This document shows, one piece after another, positions 13,371 through 27,663 of a stretch of 64,000 nt of DNA. Each line of letters opens with the position of its first letter. Position 1 is the first letter of the stretch. This stretch comes from Octopus sinensis (lineage: Eukaryota): NCBI RefSeq assembly GCF_006345805.1, contig NC_043002.1, positions 91,450,001 through 91,514,000 on the forward strand, in the 5' to 3' direction. A model generated the notes under the pieces. The model saw only the letters and a program-made list of their open reading frames with translations. It was not told the origin of the DNA and ran no database searches. Position numbers and translations under genes: made by a program.

Positions 13371-14830
13371 AAGGTAGAAAACATAGAACTTGATACTACC
13401 TCAGCTATTGGAAACCTAGACCAATCCGAAGTATACAAATATCTGGGAACCAATGAAGGTGATGATATCCAGCACTCTAAAATGAAAGAGAAAATCCGCA
13501 AGGAATGCTACCGAAGGGTAAGAATGGTCCTAAACTCAGAACTAAATGCTGCTAACAGAATTAATGAGATCAATTCTTTGGCCATACCAGTAACCTTATA
13601 CAGCTTCGGTATCATTAAGTGAAGTCTCACTGATATGCAGAATATGGATAGAAAGATCCGTAAAATCCTTACACGGTACCGAATGCACCATCCAAAATCA
13701 GATGTAGACAGGATTTATCTCCCGAGAAAAATAGGTGGAAGAGGTTTTATACAGCTCGACCAATCCCTCAAATCAGCAATAATAGGCCTTGAAATGTGCC
13801 TTAATACAACAAGAGATGTGCTCTTACGAACTGCCCTGAAGTATGAAGATTTCAAAAAAGCTTCAGTCATAAAGAAATTCAAACAGTTTCTTTTTCCTAA
13901 ACGTTAACAATAAGAATGGCCAAAGACACTTAAAAATTAACAGACCTACCATTACTTCTCCTGATTTAGTAAGTAACAATCAGAAAGACCAATGAGATCC
14001 AAATAATGACAAACCTATTACTGACGCAAAAAACATCAAAAGCAAAAAAGGCTTGTATGAATAATATCGAAGACAACTGGAAAGGCAAACTCCTGGAGGG
14101 AAAATACCCTAACTGTTTGTCTAAGCCAGATATTGATCAAAACCAAACACATCAATAGATACAAGGGACAGATCTGTAAGGGTAAACGTATGGTTTTGTT
14201 ATTGTAGCGCAAGATCAGAGCTTACCTACCAGAAACTACTGTGTAAACATCCTTAAAGTTGCGTCTGCTCCCACGTGGAGAATTTGCGGAAAATTCACAA
14301 AGACAATTGACCATGTTGTTTCTGACTGCCCAATCCTCGCGGAAAAGGAGTACCTCATAAGATATGACAGACTACGGCAGTACATCCACTGGAATGTTTG
14401 TAAATACTACATAATTAAATCTCATAAGTGGTACAGGCACCATCCAGAGGGTGTAGTAAATGGTGATGGCGTCACCATCCTTTGGATACAAACAGACAAA
14501 ATAATTGACTCCAATCGACCAGACATTTTGATCAAGAACTACGACAGAAGAACTTGTCTGTTAATTGAAATGACAGTCCCACAAGATCAAAATGTCTCAA
14601 GAAAAGAATACGGGAAGCTTTCTCATTATAAAGATCTGCAAATTGAAATCACAAAAATGTGTAAGGTTAGTACTACGATAATACCAGTAGTAATTAAGGC
14701 GTTGGAAATGATGAAGAAGGGAGCTGAGTAGTATATTAAGCAACTCCATGGCAACTCCAATCTTCGTGAACTACAAAAGATAACCTTGATGGGTACAGCC
14801 CATATACTACGGAAAGCACTCTTCATCTAA
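13371..14830 (+). mobile_element. R4/Dong-clade LINE, 5'-truncated (late RT, zinc knuckle, RLE), with stops and frameshifts
   Basis: YKYLG, RIYLPRKIGGRG, QDQSLPTRNY, ICGKFTKTIDHVVSDC, NRPDILI..LIEMTVP..KLSHYKDL, LMGTAHILRKAL. Confidence 0.9.
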
Positions 14831-14877
14831 AATGGAACAAATGTGGTGATAATTTTAGCATGCATAGCAAAACAATA

Positions 14878-15174
14878 GTGCTCTTATTACTCTTGGCCTC
14901 TTTCTCAAAGGCTGTCATTACTTTCGAGGTAGTACTTCTTGATACACCAAACATTTCGGCTATTTTCGTTACGCTAGCGCCTGCCATACGAGCACCAACA
15001 CTTTGCCTTTTTCAGATGATATCTGAAAAGAAACAATAATTTTAGCAAAACGTATAAAGCGACACAAATAATAAATCAAAAAAACATAAAAATAAACAAG
15101 CTTTTGATGGTTTTATAGATATTTCAAAATTATGATGCTATAATGCTAGGTGTTTCTATTAATTTGTCCAACCC

Positions 15175-15177
<3 letters not shown>
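14878..15177 (-). mobile_element. Tc1-like transposon 5' remnant
   Basis: VGARMAGASVTKIAEMFGVSRSTTSKV N-terminal HTH; terminal tttgtccaacccct abutting (TA)n. Confidence 0.7.
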
Positions 15178-15215
<38 letters not shown>

Positions 15216-16288
15216 CAAAGAAGCTGAAGGTGCCACGTAGTTGGGAAGCTAGCTTTTTACCACATGCCCACGCCTATGTGCGTGTGTATGTATATATTTT
15301 GTGTGCGTGTATGTGTATACATATATTTATCCGTGTGTATGTAGCGTGTGCGTGTGCATGTGTTTGAGTATGTACGTATGCACGTGTGTGTACGTATGCA
15401 CGTGTGTGTACGTATGTACGTGTGTGTGTGTGCGTGTGTGTAACCACAGCACATACGCACACACACACACACACACACAAACAAGAGTGCCTTCATTTGT
15501 GAAAATAAAGACTTACAGAAACCTAAATAGTAAATAGACGTCTGTGTTTCCACATTTCCTTTAGTATTTGGTGCATGTGACAGCGTTGGATTGTTGTTGT
15601 TTGATTCTAGACGTCGGTAAATTGATAGAAAACTTTAAATTATAGAAAAGGAATGGAAGATGATAAAACTACATAATAATAATAAAAATAAAAATAAACA
15701 AGCTTTTGATGGTTTTATAGATATTTCAAAATTATGATGCTATAATGCTAGGTGTTTCTATTAATTTGTCCAACCCCTTTATATATATATATATATATAA
15801 GCAAAGAAGCTGAAGGTGCCACGTAGTTGGGAAGCTAGCTTTTTACCACATGCCCACGCCTATGTGCGTGTGTATGTATATATTTTGTGTGCGTGTATGT
15901 GTATACATATATTTATCCGTGTGTATGTAGCGTGTGCGTGTGCATGTGTTTGAGTATGTACGTATGCACGTGTGTGTACGTATGCACGTGTGTGTACGTA
16001 TGTACGTGTGTGTGTGTGCGTGTGTGTAACCACAGCACATACGCACACACACACACACACACACACACAAACAAGAGTGCCTTCATTTGTGAAAATAAAG
16101 ACTTACAGAAACCTAAATAGTAAATAGACGTCTGTGTTTCCACATTTCCTTTAGTATTTGGTGCATGTGACAGCGTTGGATTGTTGTTGTTTGATTCTAG
16201 ACGTCGGTAAATTGATAGAAAACTTTAAATTATAGAAAAGGAATGGAAGATGATAAAACTACATAATAATAATAAAAATAAAAATAAA
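15086..16288. repeat. Near-identical tandem duplication, ~600-bp unit x2
   Basis: aagcttttgatgg at 15098 and 15700; the copies differ visibly only in (TA)n/(CA)n length. Confidence 0.9.
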
Positions 16289-16369
16289 ACCGTGACTCGG
16301 GGAGACAGAGACGCACATTATAATCGATATTAATCAATGCACCTTCGATAACCAGGAACAACTGAAGCA

Positions 16370-16438
16370 CATAATAACAACAACAGCAGCAACAATAATA
16401 ATAATGATGATGATGATGATGATGATGATAACAATAAC

Positions 16439-16472
<34 letters not shown>

Positions 16473-16583
16473 GTAATAATAATAATAATAATGCCAATAA
16501 TAATACCAATAATAATAACTGACAACAAAAATAATTCTTTCTGTCAATAATAACAGCAACATAATAACACTACTACTACTACA

Positions 16584-16617
<34 letters not shown>

Positions 16618-16782
16618 TACTACTACTACTACTACTACTACTATTGCTACTGCTGCTGCTGCTGCTACTACTACTACTACTACTTCTACTACTATTGCTA
16701 CTGCTGCTACTATTACTGCTACTGCTACTACTACTATTGCTACAACAGCTACTATTACTACTACTACTACTACTACTACTAC

Positions 16783-16858
<76 letters not shown>

Positions 16859-16874
16859 AATAATAATAATAATA

Positions 16875-16955
<81 letters not shown>
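16370..16955. repeat. Compound trinucleotide microsatellite (AAT/GAT/TAC/AAC)
   Basis: Visible directly in the sequence. Confidence 0.95.
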
Positions 16956-16956
<1 letters not shown>

Positions 16957-17844
16957 AGGAGCGCATGAAACACTAGCATAATTAGTTATTCGCAAGCAAC
17001 AGAAGAAATGTTAGCAGCTAGAAATAGCGACAACGTATCATTGACACAAATAAGTAGTTTGCTGTCTGGCTTTGTTTCCAGTTCTATACACTTCCAGATG
17101 GATAGACTAAATTTCAATGAAAGAAAAGAACAGTTCACAAAGTTGATATGTACGTATTGGAACCACAGTTGATTAATTTACAGCTTCAGACCATAAACTA
17201 TCATCTTCTTGAAGCATGAAGATATTGGAATCACTTCAGACAATACATTGTATTCTTCAGTGCATTCCGAACTCGACTGACAGAACCGCCTGTTACGCAG
17301 CCGTCAGTCGAACTGCTGGAAAAAAAAGTCACACTGTGTTAGCTTTAAAAAAAGGGCTTGATGCATTGTATGATGTATTCCCAGATACATTAGGCCTGTG
17401 AAAAACGAAAGAGACGATATGGCTTTTGTAGGAATTACTTTCCTCACAGGACTGAAGAACCAGGGCTGATCTGTAGCTAAACAACAACAACAAAAACGAA
17501 GGCAACAACAACAACAAAAAACAGCAAAAGTACTAATACTGCACGTGACTAGGCTTCAAAATTGGAATTGCTTAGCAGTATGGCACCGAACTAAATTCTG
17601 TAAAGTATGTAGTCTGGTAATAAATCTATTTGTTTCCCAAATAGCAAAGTAACAGTAACTCAATTTATAATATGACTGCGTGAAGAATGAGTTTCTTCTA
17701 TGTCGTAGATAAGTCTGCTAGAAACAGCAGTTGAATCTGTCCCATATGCGACCAATGTTGTGCACCGTGCCTGGCTAGAATAGATAGGATGATCACGACT
17801 GAAAAGTTTCTGATCACAGTTTTATATATATATATATATTATAT

Positions 17845-17880
<36 letters not shown>

Positions 17881-18232
17881 AGGCGCAGGAGTGGCTGTGT
17901 GGTAAGTAGCTTGTTTACCAACCACATGGTTCTGGGTTCAGTCCCACTGCGTAGCACCTTGGACAAGTGTCTTCTACTATAGCCTCGGCCCGACCAAAGC
18001 CTTGTGAGTGGATTTGACAGACGGAAACTGAAAGAAGCCCGTCGTATCTATGTATATATATATATATGTGTGTATGTGTGTTTATGTGTCTATATTTGTC
18101 CCCGCAACATTGCTTGACAGCCAATGCTGGTGTGTTTACGTCCCCGTAACTTAGCGGTTCGGCAAAAGAGGCCTATAGAATAAGTACTAGGCTAACAAAG
18201 ATTAAATCCTGGGGTCGATTTTCTCGACTAAA
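17881..18232 (+). mobile_element. SINE family 4 (tRNA-like head, CORE-like central box, internal microsatellite)
   Basis: ggagtggctgtgtggtaag...gggttcagtccc, then caccttggacaagtgtcttctactatagcctc resembling the CORE motif gaccttgggcaagtca; further copies at 18.5, 22.9, 27.5 and 34.3 kb. Confidence 0.8.
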
Positions 18233-18521
18233 GAGTAAGGAGTAAAGTTTTTAAATAACTTAGTTACTCATTTTCCATCTATCATATTACTCTGTGTAAC
18301 AGCTACAAAACAAAAAGAAAACATATTCATGCTTCACCGTAGCGTAAATAGCTTAATTGCACAGAAAGTCAAACGTCCAACACCATTTCTCAAGAACATC
18401 AGATATTTTTGGCTCAAAAATTGTTACAAGTTTATAGACAACGACAAATGAAGAACAAAGGCAATCAAGATGACGTTTGGCACTTAGAAGAGCAACATAT
18501 AAAATGTATTTTCAAGACGTT

Positions 18522-18842
18522 TGGTTGCTTCCCAACCAAATGACTCCGGGTTCAGTCTCATTGCGTGGCAACTTGGGCAACTCTCTTCTACTATAGCCTC
18601 GGGTCGACCAAAACCTCGCGAGTGGAGTTGACAAGCAGAAACTGAAAGAAGCCCGTTGTGTTTTTGTGTGTGCGTGTGTGTGCTTTGTGTCTATGCTTGA
18701 CAACCGGTGTTGGTGAGTTTACATTATCGTAGCTTAACTGCTCGGCAAAAGAATATATGACAGGTTTTAAAACAGAGTATTTGGGTCGATTCCTTCGATT
18801 ATATATTCTTCAAGGCAGTGCACCAATATGGCCGCTGCAGAA
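18522..18842 (+). mobile_element. SINE family 4, diverged
   Basis: gggttcagtctcattgcgtggcaacttgggcaa...gaaactgaaagaagcccg. Confidence 0.7.
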
Positions 18843-19311
18843 AGAGACACAGAAAAAAAAACAAGGAGAGAAAAAAATGTGTAGTGGCTAACGATCTATC
18901 ATACATACATACATACATACATACATACATACATACATACATACATACATACCCTGTTGATATTGTTGAAATTTCACTGAAGAAGCCTTGGATCAAGGTT
19001 AGAAATCGGATCTTTCTCTATTCGTAAAAAAATCTTGAATTAAAACTGAAAAATGACATACATACGTACATATGTTTGGTGACGCAAACAGGAAAATCAG
19101 AACTCAAAATATGAGTGTATATATTTGTGTGTGTGTGTGTGTGTGTGTTTAATTAATAAATCAGCAGAAGCTACAAGGCGACTACAAGGCTGTGGGTTTC
19201 TTGCGTTTGCACTTACTAAAGGTTGATAAGTGCCAACGCGAAACTTTCGGCTCTTGAGTCACACTGAAACTTTTACCGATTATTTTAAAAAATTGCATAC
19301 GTAGATATATA

Positions 19312-19543
<232 letters not shown>

Positions 19544-19740
19544 ATCATACATACTAGATGGTGGTCCGAAACTTTTAATCCGACAACAGGAGGAAAGATG
19601 TTTTTAATCAATGATCATAGTGAACACCGCTCGCATTTACATATATAAAGTCATACATTCGTAAATATGAGTGTATTATGTGCGTAGATATCTATGGAAA
19701 TTTACCCCATCTCCCGCATACATTATATATTATATATATA

Positions 19741-20149
19741 CTAGCAGCATAGCCCGGCGTTGCCCGGGTATGTAAGAGCCCCTAGTAGGCAACGACTAAT
19801 CCCAATCTAGTTCTTTCCCTCTAGGGAACGAAGGCGCATGTGTAGGATGCAATGTCTTCTCTTCACTCGAATACTTCTATGTATACGATGTTCCTAGCTG
19901 TCTCCCGACAGAAAATGTGTTGCATATAAAAAGCTTAGATTCTCGACCCCAAGTCGAATTTATCGACGTTTTTCCAGAACTGGGGGAACTTTTCAAACTT
20001 TTCGCTGCGTTAGTTTTGAATTATGACATTGGGCTATGTGTGTGTCAATTTTCATCAGAATCGGTTGAAAGCCGTGGTCAGGGTGAGGGTACAACCTGAC
20101 AGCCACACAGACACACAGACAGACAAACTGCCGTTTTTATATATAGAGA
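19741..20149 (-). mobile_element. Non-autonomous Helitron
   Basis: Minus strand 5'-TC...cccgggcaacgccggg hairpin...CTAG-3', inserted between A and T, no TSD. Confidence 0.85.
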
Positions 20150-20548
20150 TATATATATAGTAAAACTCCAGTACTTCTTCAGTTCTGTTGCAGCTAAATT
20201 ATACTAAAATCGCGCTAGTCACGTAATGTAAACAACATCGTTTGTTATACCTTTGAAATCAAGCAGTATTAACGTCATCTCCTTATTTAGGCGAACGACT
20301 TGTTTCAACACATCTCACTACTAATCAGGTAGCAAAACTCTTATGAATGGTTTTACTGGCTTAGAATACTAAATCAGTCATATATGTTTTGGGGAGGAAA
20401 GGAAAGAAAAAAACACATATTGGAAGAATCATAAATTTAGTTGTTCTGAGTGCTTCTGTTTGCATTTTCATCTACAGTATTATCTGTCTTTCGTGTATCG
20501 TTCATTGCCAGGTCTGATATTTATGCGTATGTGTGATATAAATGTATG

Positions 20549-20964
20549 GGATCTTTTCGGTTTGAACGGCAGTTTTTAACATAATTTCTAGGTAACTAAA
20601 ACATTTTAAATTTCGTATACTGGTAGAATGTGTTTATAAAACATCTTTTCTCTTGGCTTTATTGAGAAAATTCTATAGTTTGTAAGATATTTGTTGTTTT
20701 TTTTCTTCAATTTCTACAATTTCAACCAATCACTGACGTCCATTGAGGTAAAAAAAACATTCTGTGCCGTATGAATATGTCCCACGTTTAAGAAACAGAT
20801 TGGGTTTATTTACATTTGTGTAGAAAAAAAGATACCCTTCCCCCCTAACCCCTAACCCCTAACCCTAATTGAAATGCAATAGATCGATACTAGGGTCATA
20901 ATTATGGGTGACAATTTCATATGACACTGCTAGAAAAAAACTGCCGTTCAAACCGAAAAGATCC
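20549..20964. mobile_element. MITE with GG...CC termini and 8-bp TSD (Merlin-like)
   Basis: TIR ggatcttttcggtttgaacggcagttttt / aaaaactgccgttcaaaccgaaaagatcc; TSD aatgtatg on both sides. Confidence 0.85.
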
Positions 20965-22213
20965 AATGTATGCTTGTTTAGAAATTGGGGAATAGCAAAA
21001 GCAAAAAGGAAATTCAAAATGGAATTATTTAAAGGATTCTGAAATATTGAAGTTGCTAACTTTCATTGAAAAGTCCTACGATCAAAAGAGTTCCAGAAGT
21101 GACAGTCGTTTCTTTTATTCAGATAAATAAAGTCTACTCTGTAACTACGTTGTCCAACGTGGCTTTCGTTTTTAAGACAGTGACGTATCATTTGATGGAG
21201 ATTTGGTTGCTAATTATAGTACATCGACCAGTCGTGAGATTACATAGAGCTTTCATCGTTGAATCAAGATAAAGGCACGGAGTGAGTGTGTGTTTGCATA
21301 CGTGTATGCATATATATGTATATATATATATGCATTCATATGTATGAGTGCATGTGTATATACGCCTGTACGTATGCTCATGTGTATATGCATGTGTATC
21401 TACGCTTGTGTATGTGGGTGGCATATGTATGTGTTTTGTACAATATACTATATAAAGACACGTTATATGACATGACCAAATACAAAAAAAAGCAGATAGT
21501 CGACATGTCACATGACCAACAGTGAATAGCTGGAATCTCATTGTCGTTTTCGTTGGGTTGCTTTTTATGGTATGTCATAATTGGAAATTAATTTTTATGT
21601 GAGTTATATATTTTAGAAATTTCAATAAAATATTATGATGAATAAAACAACGTTGGTGTATTGTTGACAGAGTTACAGATTGACGCCATAAATCTTCTGT
21701 AATAATAAAGTAAAAATGATTCAGACTATGCCACTGTGTATGCTTCTTTATTGAAAAACATTCAATCTAATCCCATAATTTGTTAAATAAAGCCATTTTC
21801 CCTGCGTTGAACAATAAACCTGTCAAACATTAATGATATTTTTTTGTATTATTTCGACGTGAACATCCATATTAATTTACGTAAAATACAGATTTGAGGG
21901 TTTGTGTTGGTAAGAAATAATCCCAGAGGCAGTTCGGTGGTTAAATAATTGTAGCCGCAGTGAATAAAGGGAGTGAGAGCTTCAATGTCCCGTCTGACAG
22001 ACGCTTTTACCGAGAACAGCAAGACAGATTTCTGTGTGTTGTAATTGAAATATATCACACCCACTGCCTTTATTCCAACCAAAAACACACCAACACCGGT
22101 TGTCAAGTGGTAGTGGGGGACAAATGCAGACACACAGATACACATACACATATATATAGATACATATATATAATCTATAATATATAATATAATATATAAT
22201 GAAATAAAATATA

Positions 22214-22277
<64 letters not shown>

Positions 22278-22829
22278 AGCAAAGCAGTTTGATTAAAATT
22301 CGTTGGTACGCTTGAGTTTCAAGCGTGATGCTAGTCGTCAGCCATTTTGAATTTGAATCACAAAAGTTGATTGTTATTACCCATAGGTGGGTTGTGATTG
22401 GTCGAGGAAGGTTATGCGGTATCGTGGTTTGATGTTGGTATATGGGTAACAGTTAGCTGGAAAATGCCTATTTCTTAATTACCCACAAGGGGCTAAACAC
22501 AGAGGGGACAAACAAGGACAGACATAGGTATTAAATCGATTATATCGACCCCAGTGCGTAACTGGTACTTAATTTATCGACCCCGAAAGTTATCAAACAC
22601 GTGGTATGGTTATTTTATACAGCGGAAGGAATAGCCATATCACGTGCTTGACAATGTTCAGAACGGAAAGCGCTTGCGCATTTATTAAAACCTACACACA
22701 ATTTGTTAAATTCTTTCCTAAAGTTTAGTACCATTCCACTCTCTAAAAAAGTCTTTTTCTTAATCTTAACTACTTGAAAAAATCTTTCTCTAAATGTATA
22801 TATATATATATGCATGCGTGTGTGTGTGT

Positions 22830-22998
22830 GTATAAAATAAGCTTCTACCAGTTTCCGTCTATCAAATCCATTCACAAAGCATTGGCCGTCCCGAGACTAT
22901 AGTAGAAAACACTTTTCCAAGAATGCCATGCAATGGGACTGAACCCGGAAGCATGAGGTTAAGAACTAAGCTTCTTACCACAGAGCCACGTCTGCTCC
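22830..22998 (-). mobile_element. SINE family 4 fragment
   Basis: cagtttccgtctatcaaatccattcacaaagc...gggactgaacccgga. Confidence 0.7.
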
Positions 22999-23684
22999 TA
23001 TTTACAGAGATGACTCGAGTACAGAACGTTTGTAATTTGCTAGTGTAAATCATAACGTTATTTCGTTTCGGCCAAGTCTTTAGATACTAGAGCTGAATAC
23101 AGTAGAAGCTGTTGCTTATAGGTTATTCCGGATGAGCCAACCCTTTTACCAAAGGCGTTATAGTTGTGTCGTTATACAAAGTGTCCTTTCACTTTCTATA
23201 AGGACACTCTGTGATTTAACGGAGACCGATTGCCAAGTATGGAAGGTGAAACAATCAGAAAAAGTTTCCGTATTGATTCGTGGAAATAACAAACACAATC
23301 ACAGCAAGCCAATTCCTAATTTCTGTTGACCAAGGCAGAAAAAGAGGTTAGACCTTGTCTCTTTATGTCGACTAACTCTATTGAATCTTGTTAACACATT
23401 ACAAAAATTATTCTTCCCTGAAATTGAAACCATTACTATTTTTTGTGCACCACCATAACCGCAATCGAATGACTGAACCAAGTAAAAGAAAAACATATAA
23501 GACAGTTTAGATTAATTCATATTATCTCATATAATGGCAATTATATCAATATACGATAAAATATATAGATAAAGAAAATATGAATTAAAGACAGATTGAA
23601 AATCGCATGCCTGCCATTTGGAATGATGATAGTTATTGTGTGGTGATCAAATTTTAAAATCAATATAAAGCATTTATATATGTT

Positions 23685-23918
23685 AAGGCGGTGAGCTGGC
23701 AGAAACGTTAGCCCGCCGGGCGAAATGCGTAGCCGTATTTCGTCTGCCGTTACGTTCTGAGTTCAAATTCCGCCGAGGTCGACTTTACCTTTCATCCTTT
23801 CGGGGTCGATAAATTAAGTACCAGTTACGCACTGGGGTCGATGTAATCGACTTAATCCGTTTGTCTGTCCTTGTTTGTCCCCTCTATGTTTAGCCCCCTT
23901 GTGGGTAGTAAAGAAATA
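23685..23918 (+). mobile_element. SINE family 2, full length with 16-bp TSD
   Basis: Head aaggcggtgagctggcagaaacgttagc...gagttcaaattcc, central gtcgactttacctttcatcctttcggggtcgataaattaagtaccag; TSD aatataaagcatttat at 23662-23677 and 23919-23934. Confidence 0.9.
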
Positions 23919-24120
23919 AATATAAAGCATTTATCTCCCGACCACAGTTTATGGCGGGCAACATTACATATTCCATGACGTCGTTGATGCTTTTCCTTCA
24001 GTTACGAAATTAGAGCAGCAAAAACAAGTATGAGCCCACACTCCTGATGAGTTAATTTTCGATACTTCTGAAGGTTTAGTTAACTGCATAGATTTTACAT
24101 TATTATATCTCTACCTTCTA

Positions 24121-25150
24121 GGGCGGCGAGCTGGCAGAAACGTTAGCATGCCGGGCAAAATGCTTAGCGGTATTTCGTCTACCGTTACGTTCTGAGTTCA
24201 AATTCCACCGAGGTCGACTTTGCCTTTCATTCTTTCGGGGTCGATAAATAAAGTACCAGTTACGCACTGGGGTCGATATAACCGACTTAATCCGTTTGTC
24301 TGTCCTTGTTTGTCCTCTCTGTATTTAGCCCCTTGTGAGTAGTAAAGAAATAGGTATTTCGTCTATCGCTACGTTCTGAGTTCAAATTCCGCCGAGGTCG
24401 ACTTTGCCTTTCATCCTTTCGGGGTCGATAAATTAAGTACCAGTTACGCACTGGGGTTGATGTAACCGACTTAATCCGTTTGTTTATACTCTCTGTATTT
24501 AGCCCCTTGTGGGTAGTAAAGAAATAGGTATTTCGTCTGCCGCTACGTTCTGAGTTCAAATTCCGACGAGGTCGACTTTGCCTTTCATCCTTTCGGGGTC
24601 GATAAATTAAGTACCAGTTGCGTAATGGGATCGATCTAATCGTATGACCCACCCACCCACCAAATTTAGGACTTTGTGCATAGAGTAGAAAAGAATCGTT
24701 AGAACGTCGGGTAATAATGCTTAGCAGTATTTTGTCCGTTCTTACATTCCAACTTCAAATCCCGGTGGAATTGACTTTGCCTGTCATCCTCTCGGAATCG
24801 ATAATGAAATACCAGTGAAACACTGGGGTCGATGTAATCGTCTAGCTCCTTCACCCAAAATTACAGACCTTGTGCCTTTGGTAGAAAGGATTATTATATC
24901 TTCTTTCTTTTCTTCTTTTCTTCGTTTTTAAAGGCGGTGGCCTGGCAGAATTGTTAGCACGCTGGACGAAATGCTTAACTTTATTTCGCCCATTGCTACG
25001 GTCTGAGTTCAAATTCCACCGCGGTCGACTTTGTCTTTCATCCTTTCGGGCTCGATAAATTAAGTATTAGTGAAACACTGGATCGTTGTAAACGACTAGT
25101 CCTTTTCGCACAAAATTTCGGGCCTTGTGCCTTTAGTAGAGAGGATTATT
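24121..25150 (+). mobile_element. Head-to-tail cluster of about five SINE family 2 units
   Basis: Repeated central domain; junctions aaagaaata|ggtatttcgtct at 24352 and 24526. Confidence 0.85.
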
Positions 25151-25799
25151 TTATCTTCATTCTTTCTTTTTTTCTCGAAGACAAAAGTATGTAATCTGAG
25201 GGATATGTGGCTATAATTTCTAACATATTACTCCGCAATCTAGTTTGTCGTATATTCTCTCTGAATGCTAGCTATCGAAATCGGTGTAATTTCTAGTTAT
25301 AGTCTCTTATCTTTTTTTTATAAACAACATTCCTACATGTCAGAAATATGTTTTGACTAATCTCTCATCTTACAAATAACTAGGAAATAAACAAAGATTT
25401 CCTTTTGTATTGTAACAAAACCAATGTTGAAGGAAAGGTGTTCTAATTGTGAAAATCGATGACTGTATTTCGCTATCTCTTCATATAGCAGGAAGTATGT
25501 CATACAGAGCATGACCTACTTAGAAGAAACATGAGTGTGTTACAGTTTAGTCATGACGGAGAAGTGTACGTGACAGTTTACATGGGAACCAAGGTTGGTG
25601 GGACGAAGGGAGGGAGAAAGGAAAGAATGCATACTAAAATCGGATGCCTGCCTAGCGCAGTGAACTCCGCTGAAGTCACCCAAGGTGGTAGTATTAAAAC
25701 GGGTAACAGAATAATTCCACCATTCAAGAACACAAAAGGCTGTAGCCCATCTTTGACACTAAGTCAAAACATGATAATATTTCAATTCAGTTAAGATCA

Positions 25800-26150
25800 G
25801 AAACTATGAGAGCCACTGCCTGGTGTTAAGCCCAAACCAACAGGGGGTGCTTGGCACCGGAGTGTCGGCCAACGCTCACAGTCCTCTGCCAATCTGGCAA
25901 TGTGACCGGTGGAAGTTCCACAGTTTAATAGATTAGTGGCGGGCAAGGGTGACGACGTCTGGGCGTCGGGGGAGATCAATTAGCAAGACTTTTCCGCAGG
26001 ACCTTCTGGCTGGGGTTTATGGATAATTTCCAAAATTCCCAAGTCTGTCAGTGCTACCGGGCTACACTTCTGGATCTGCTGTATAAGCTTGTACAGGCAT
26101 AGGGGCCCGGGGGAGGGAAACTCAAGAGCTGCGTCTCCCACGCGGTTGTT
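25800..26150 (+). mobile_element. Degraded Tx1/L1-clade ORF2 C-terminal fragment
   Basis: RRTFWLGFMDNFQNSQVCQCYRATL aligns to GRTFGPGPMDNFQRSLVWQCYRWAL of the 44-kb element. Confidence 0.65.
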
Positions 26151-26701
26151 ACATTCTAGCTACGCCACTTGACAGAAGAAATACCATAAGGCATTTTCTC
26201 TGATGCAGTAACAATTACATCAATCAACACCCTGGATTGGTACTTTAGTTTATAAATTTTGAAAGAATGTAAAGGAAAGGTGATATGAGGCTGGATATGA
26301 ACTCTGGGCGTACGGAGCTGGAACAGATGCTACAATTCATTTTGTCCTACCTTCGAACGGTCCACCTAATTGGTCAGTTTTTATAATCATCGAACTATCG
26401 ATAGGGGAACATAGCAGGAACCGAATTCAAAAGTGTTAAACTGCAATTTCAGTATCCAAATACAATTTTGCCGATCCGAAAATGTCGACTGTATGCCACA
26501 TTTTAGTTCTATCTACTAGAAATAACAGTGAACTCTCATTCACATGATACATCATTATCTTAAACAAAGGTAGGAAAATTGTTCAGTGTCTGGAGCGAAA
26601 AGGTGGGAAGCGTAGCTGGAATGCTTTTGAACACAGGTCTACAAGAACAGAGGCTCACAAAACAACGCCTTTCCATAAAAGAAAGTTAAATAAATTTAAA
26701 T

Positions 26702-27470
26702 ATTGGTTTCAAATTTTTGCACAAGGCCAGAAATTTTCGGGGAGTGGGTACGTCGATTATATTGAACCCAGTGCTCAGTTAGTACTTAGCTTATCGACCC
26801 CGAAAAGATAATAGGCAAAGTATACCTCGGCGGAATTTGACTTCAGAACATAAAGACGGACGAAATACCTATTTCTTTACTGCCCATAAGGGGCTACACA
26901 GAGAGGGGAAAAACAAGGACGGTCAAACGGATTAAGTCAATTATATCGACCCCAGTACGCAACTGGTACTTAATTTATCACCCCGAAAGGATGAAAGGCA
27001 AAGTCGACCGCTAAACATTTTTCCCGGCGTGCTCAACGATTTTTCCAGCTCGCTGCCTAAAAGAAATATAACAATGGTTTCAAATTTTAGCACAAAGCCA
27101 GTAATTTCGGGGGAGTGGGGTAAATCGATTACATCGCACTCTGTGTTCAACTGTTATTTCTTTCATTGATTCCGAAAGGATGAAAGGGAAAGTCAGCCTT
27201 GACAGAATTTCAACTCAGAATACAAAGACCAATTTGAACTCGGAGCATAAAGACGGGCGAAATGCTGCTAAGCTTTTAGCCCTGCGTGCTAAGCATTCTG
27301 CCAGCTTGCTGCCTTACATTGGTTTCTACTAAAGGCACAAGGCCGGCAATTTGGGGGAGGGAATAAGCCGATCACATTGACTCCAGTGGTCAGTTGGTAC
27401 CCATTGTATCGATTCCGAAATACTGAAAGGCAAAATCGACCTCGGCAGAATTTCAACGCAGAATGTATAG
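26702..27470 (-). mobile_element. Cluster of SINE family 2 copies
   Basis: Four partial units; junction gaaatacc|tatttcttta at 26869. Confidence 0.8.
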
Positions 27471-27471
27471 A

Positions 27472-27632
27472 CAGGAGTGGCTGTGTGGTAAGTAGCTTGT
27501 TTACCAACTACATGGTTCCGGGTTCACTGCCACTGCGTGGCACCTTGGGCAAGTGGCTTCTACTATAGCCTCGGGCCGACCAAAGCCTTGTGAGTGGATT
27601 TGGTAGACGGAAACTGAAAGAAGCCCGTCGTA

Positions 27633-27663
<31 letters not shown>

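Noticed and set aside
19215-19255. Hairpin followed by GAAAC, resembling a hammerhead stem II
   Set aside because: No CUGANGA upstream; the GAAAC simply extends the stem
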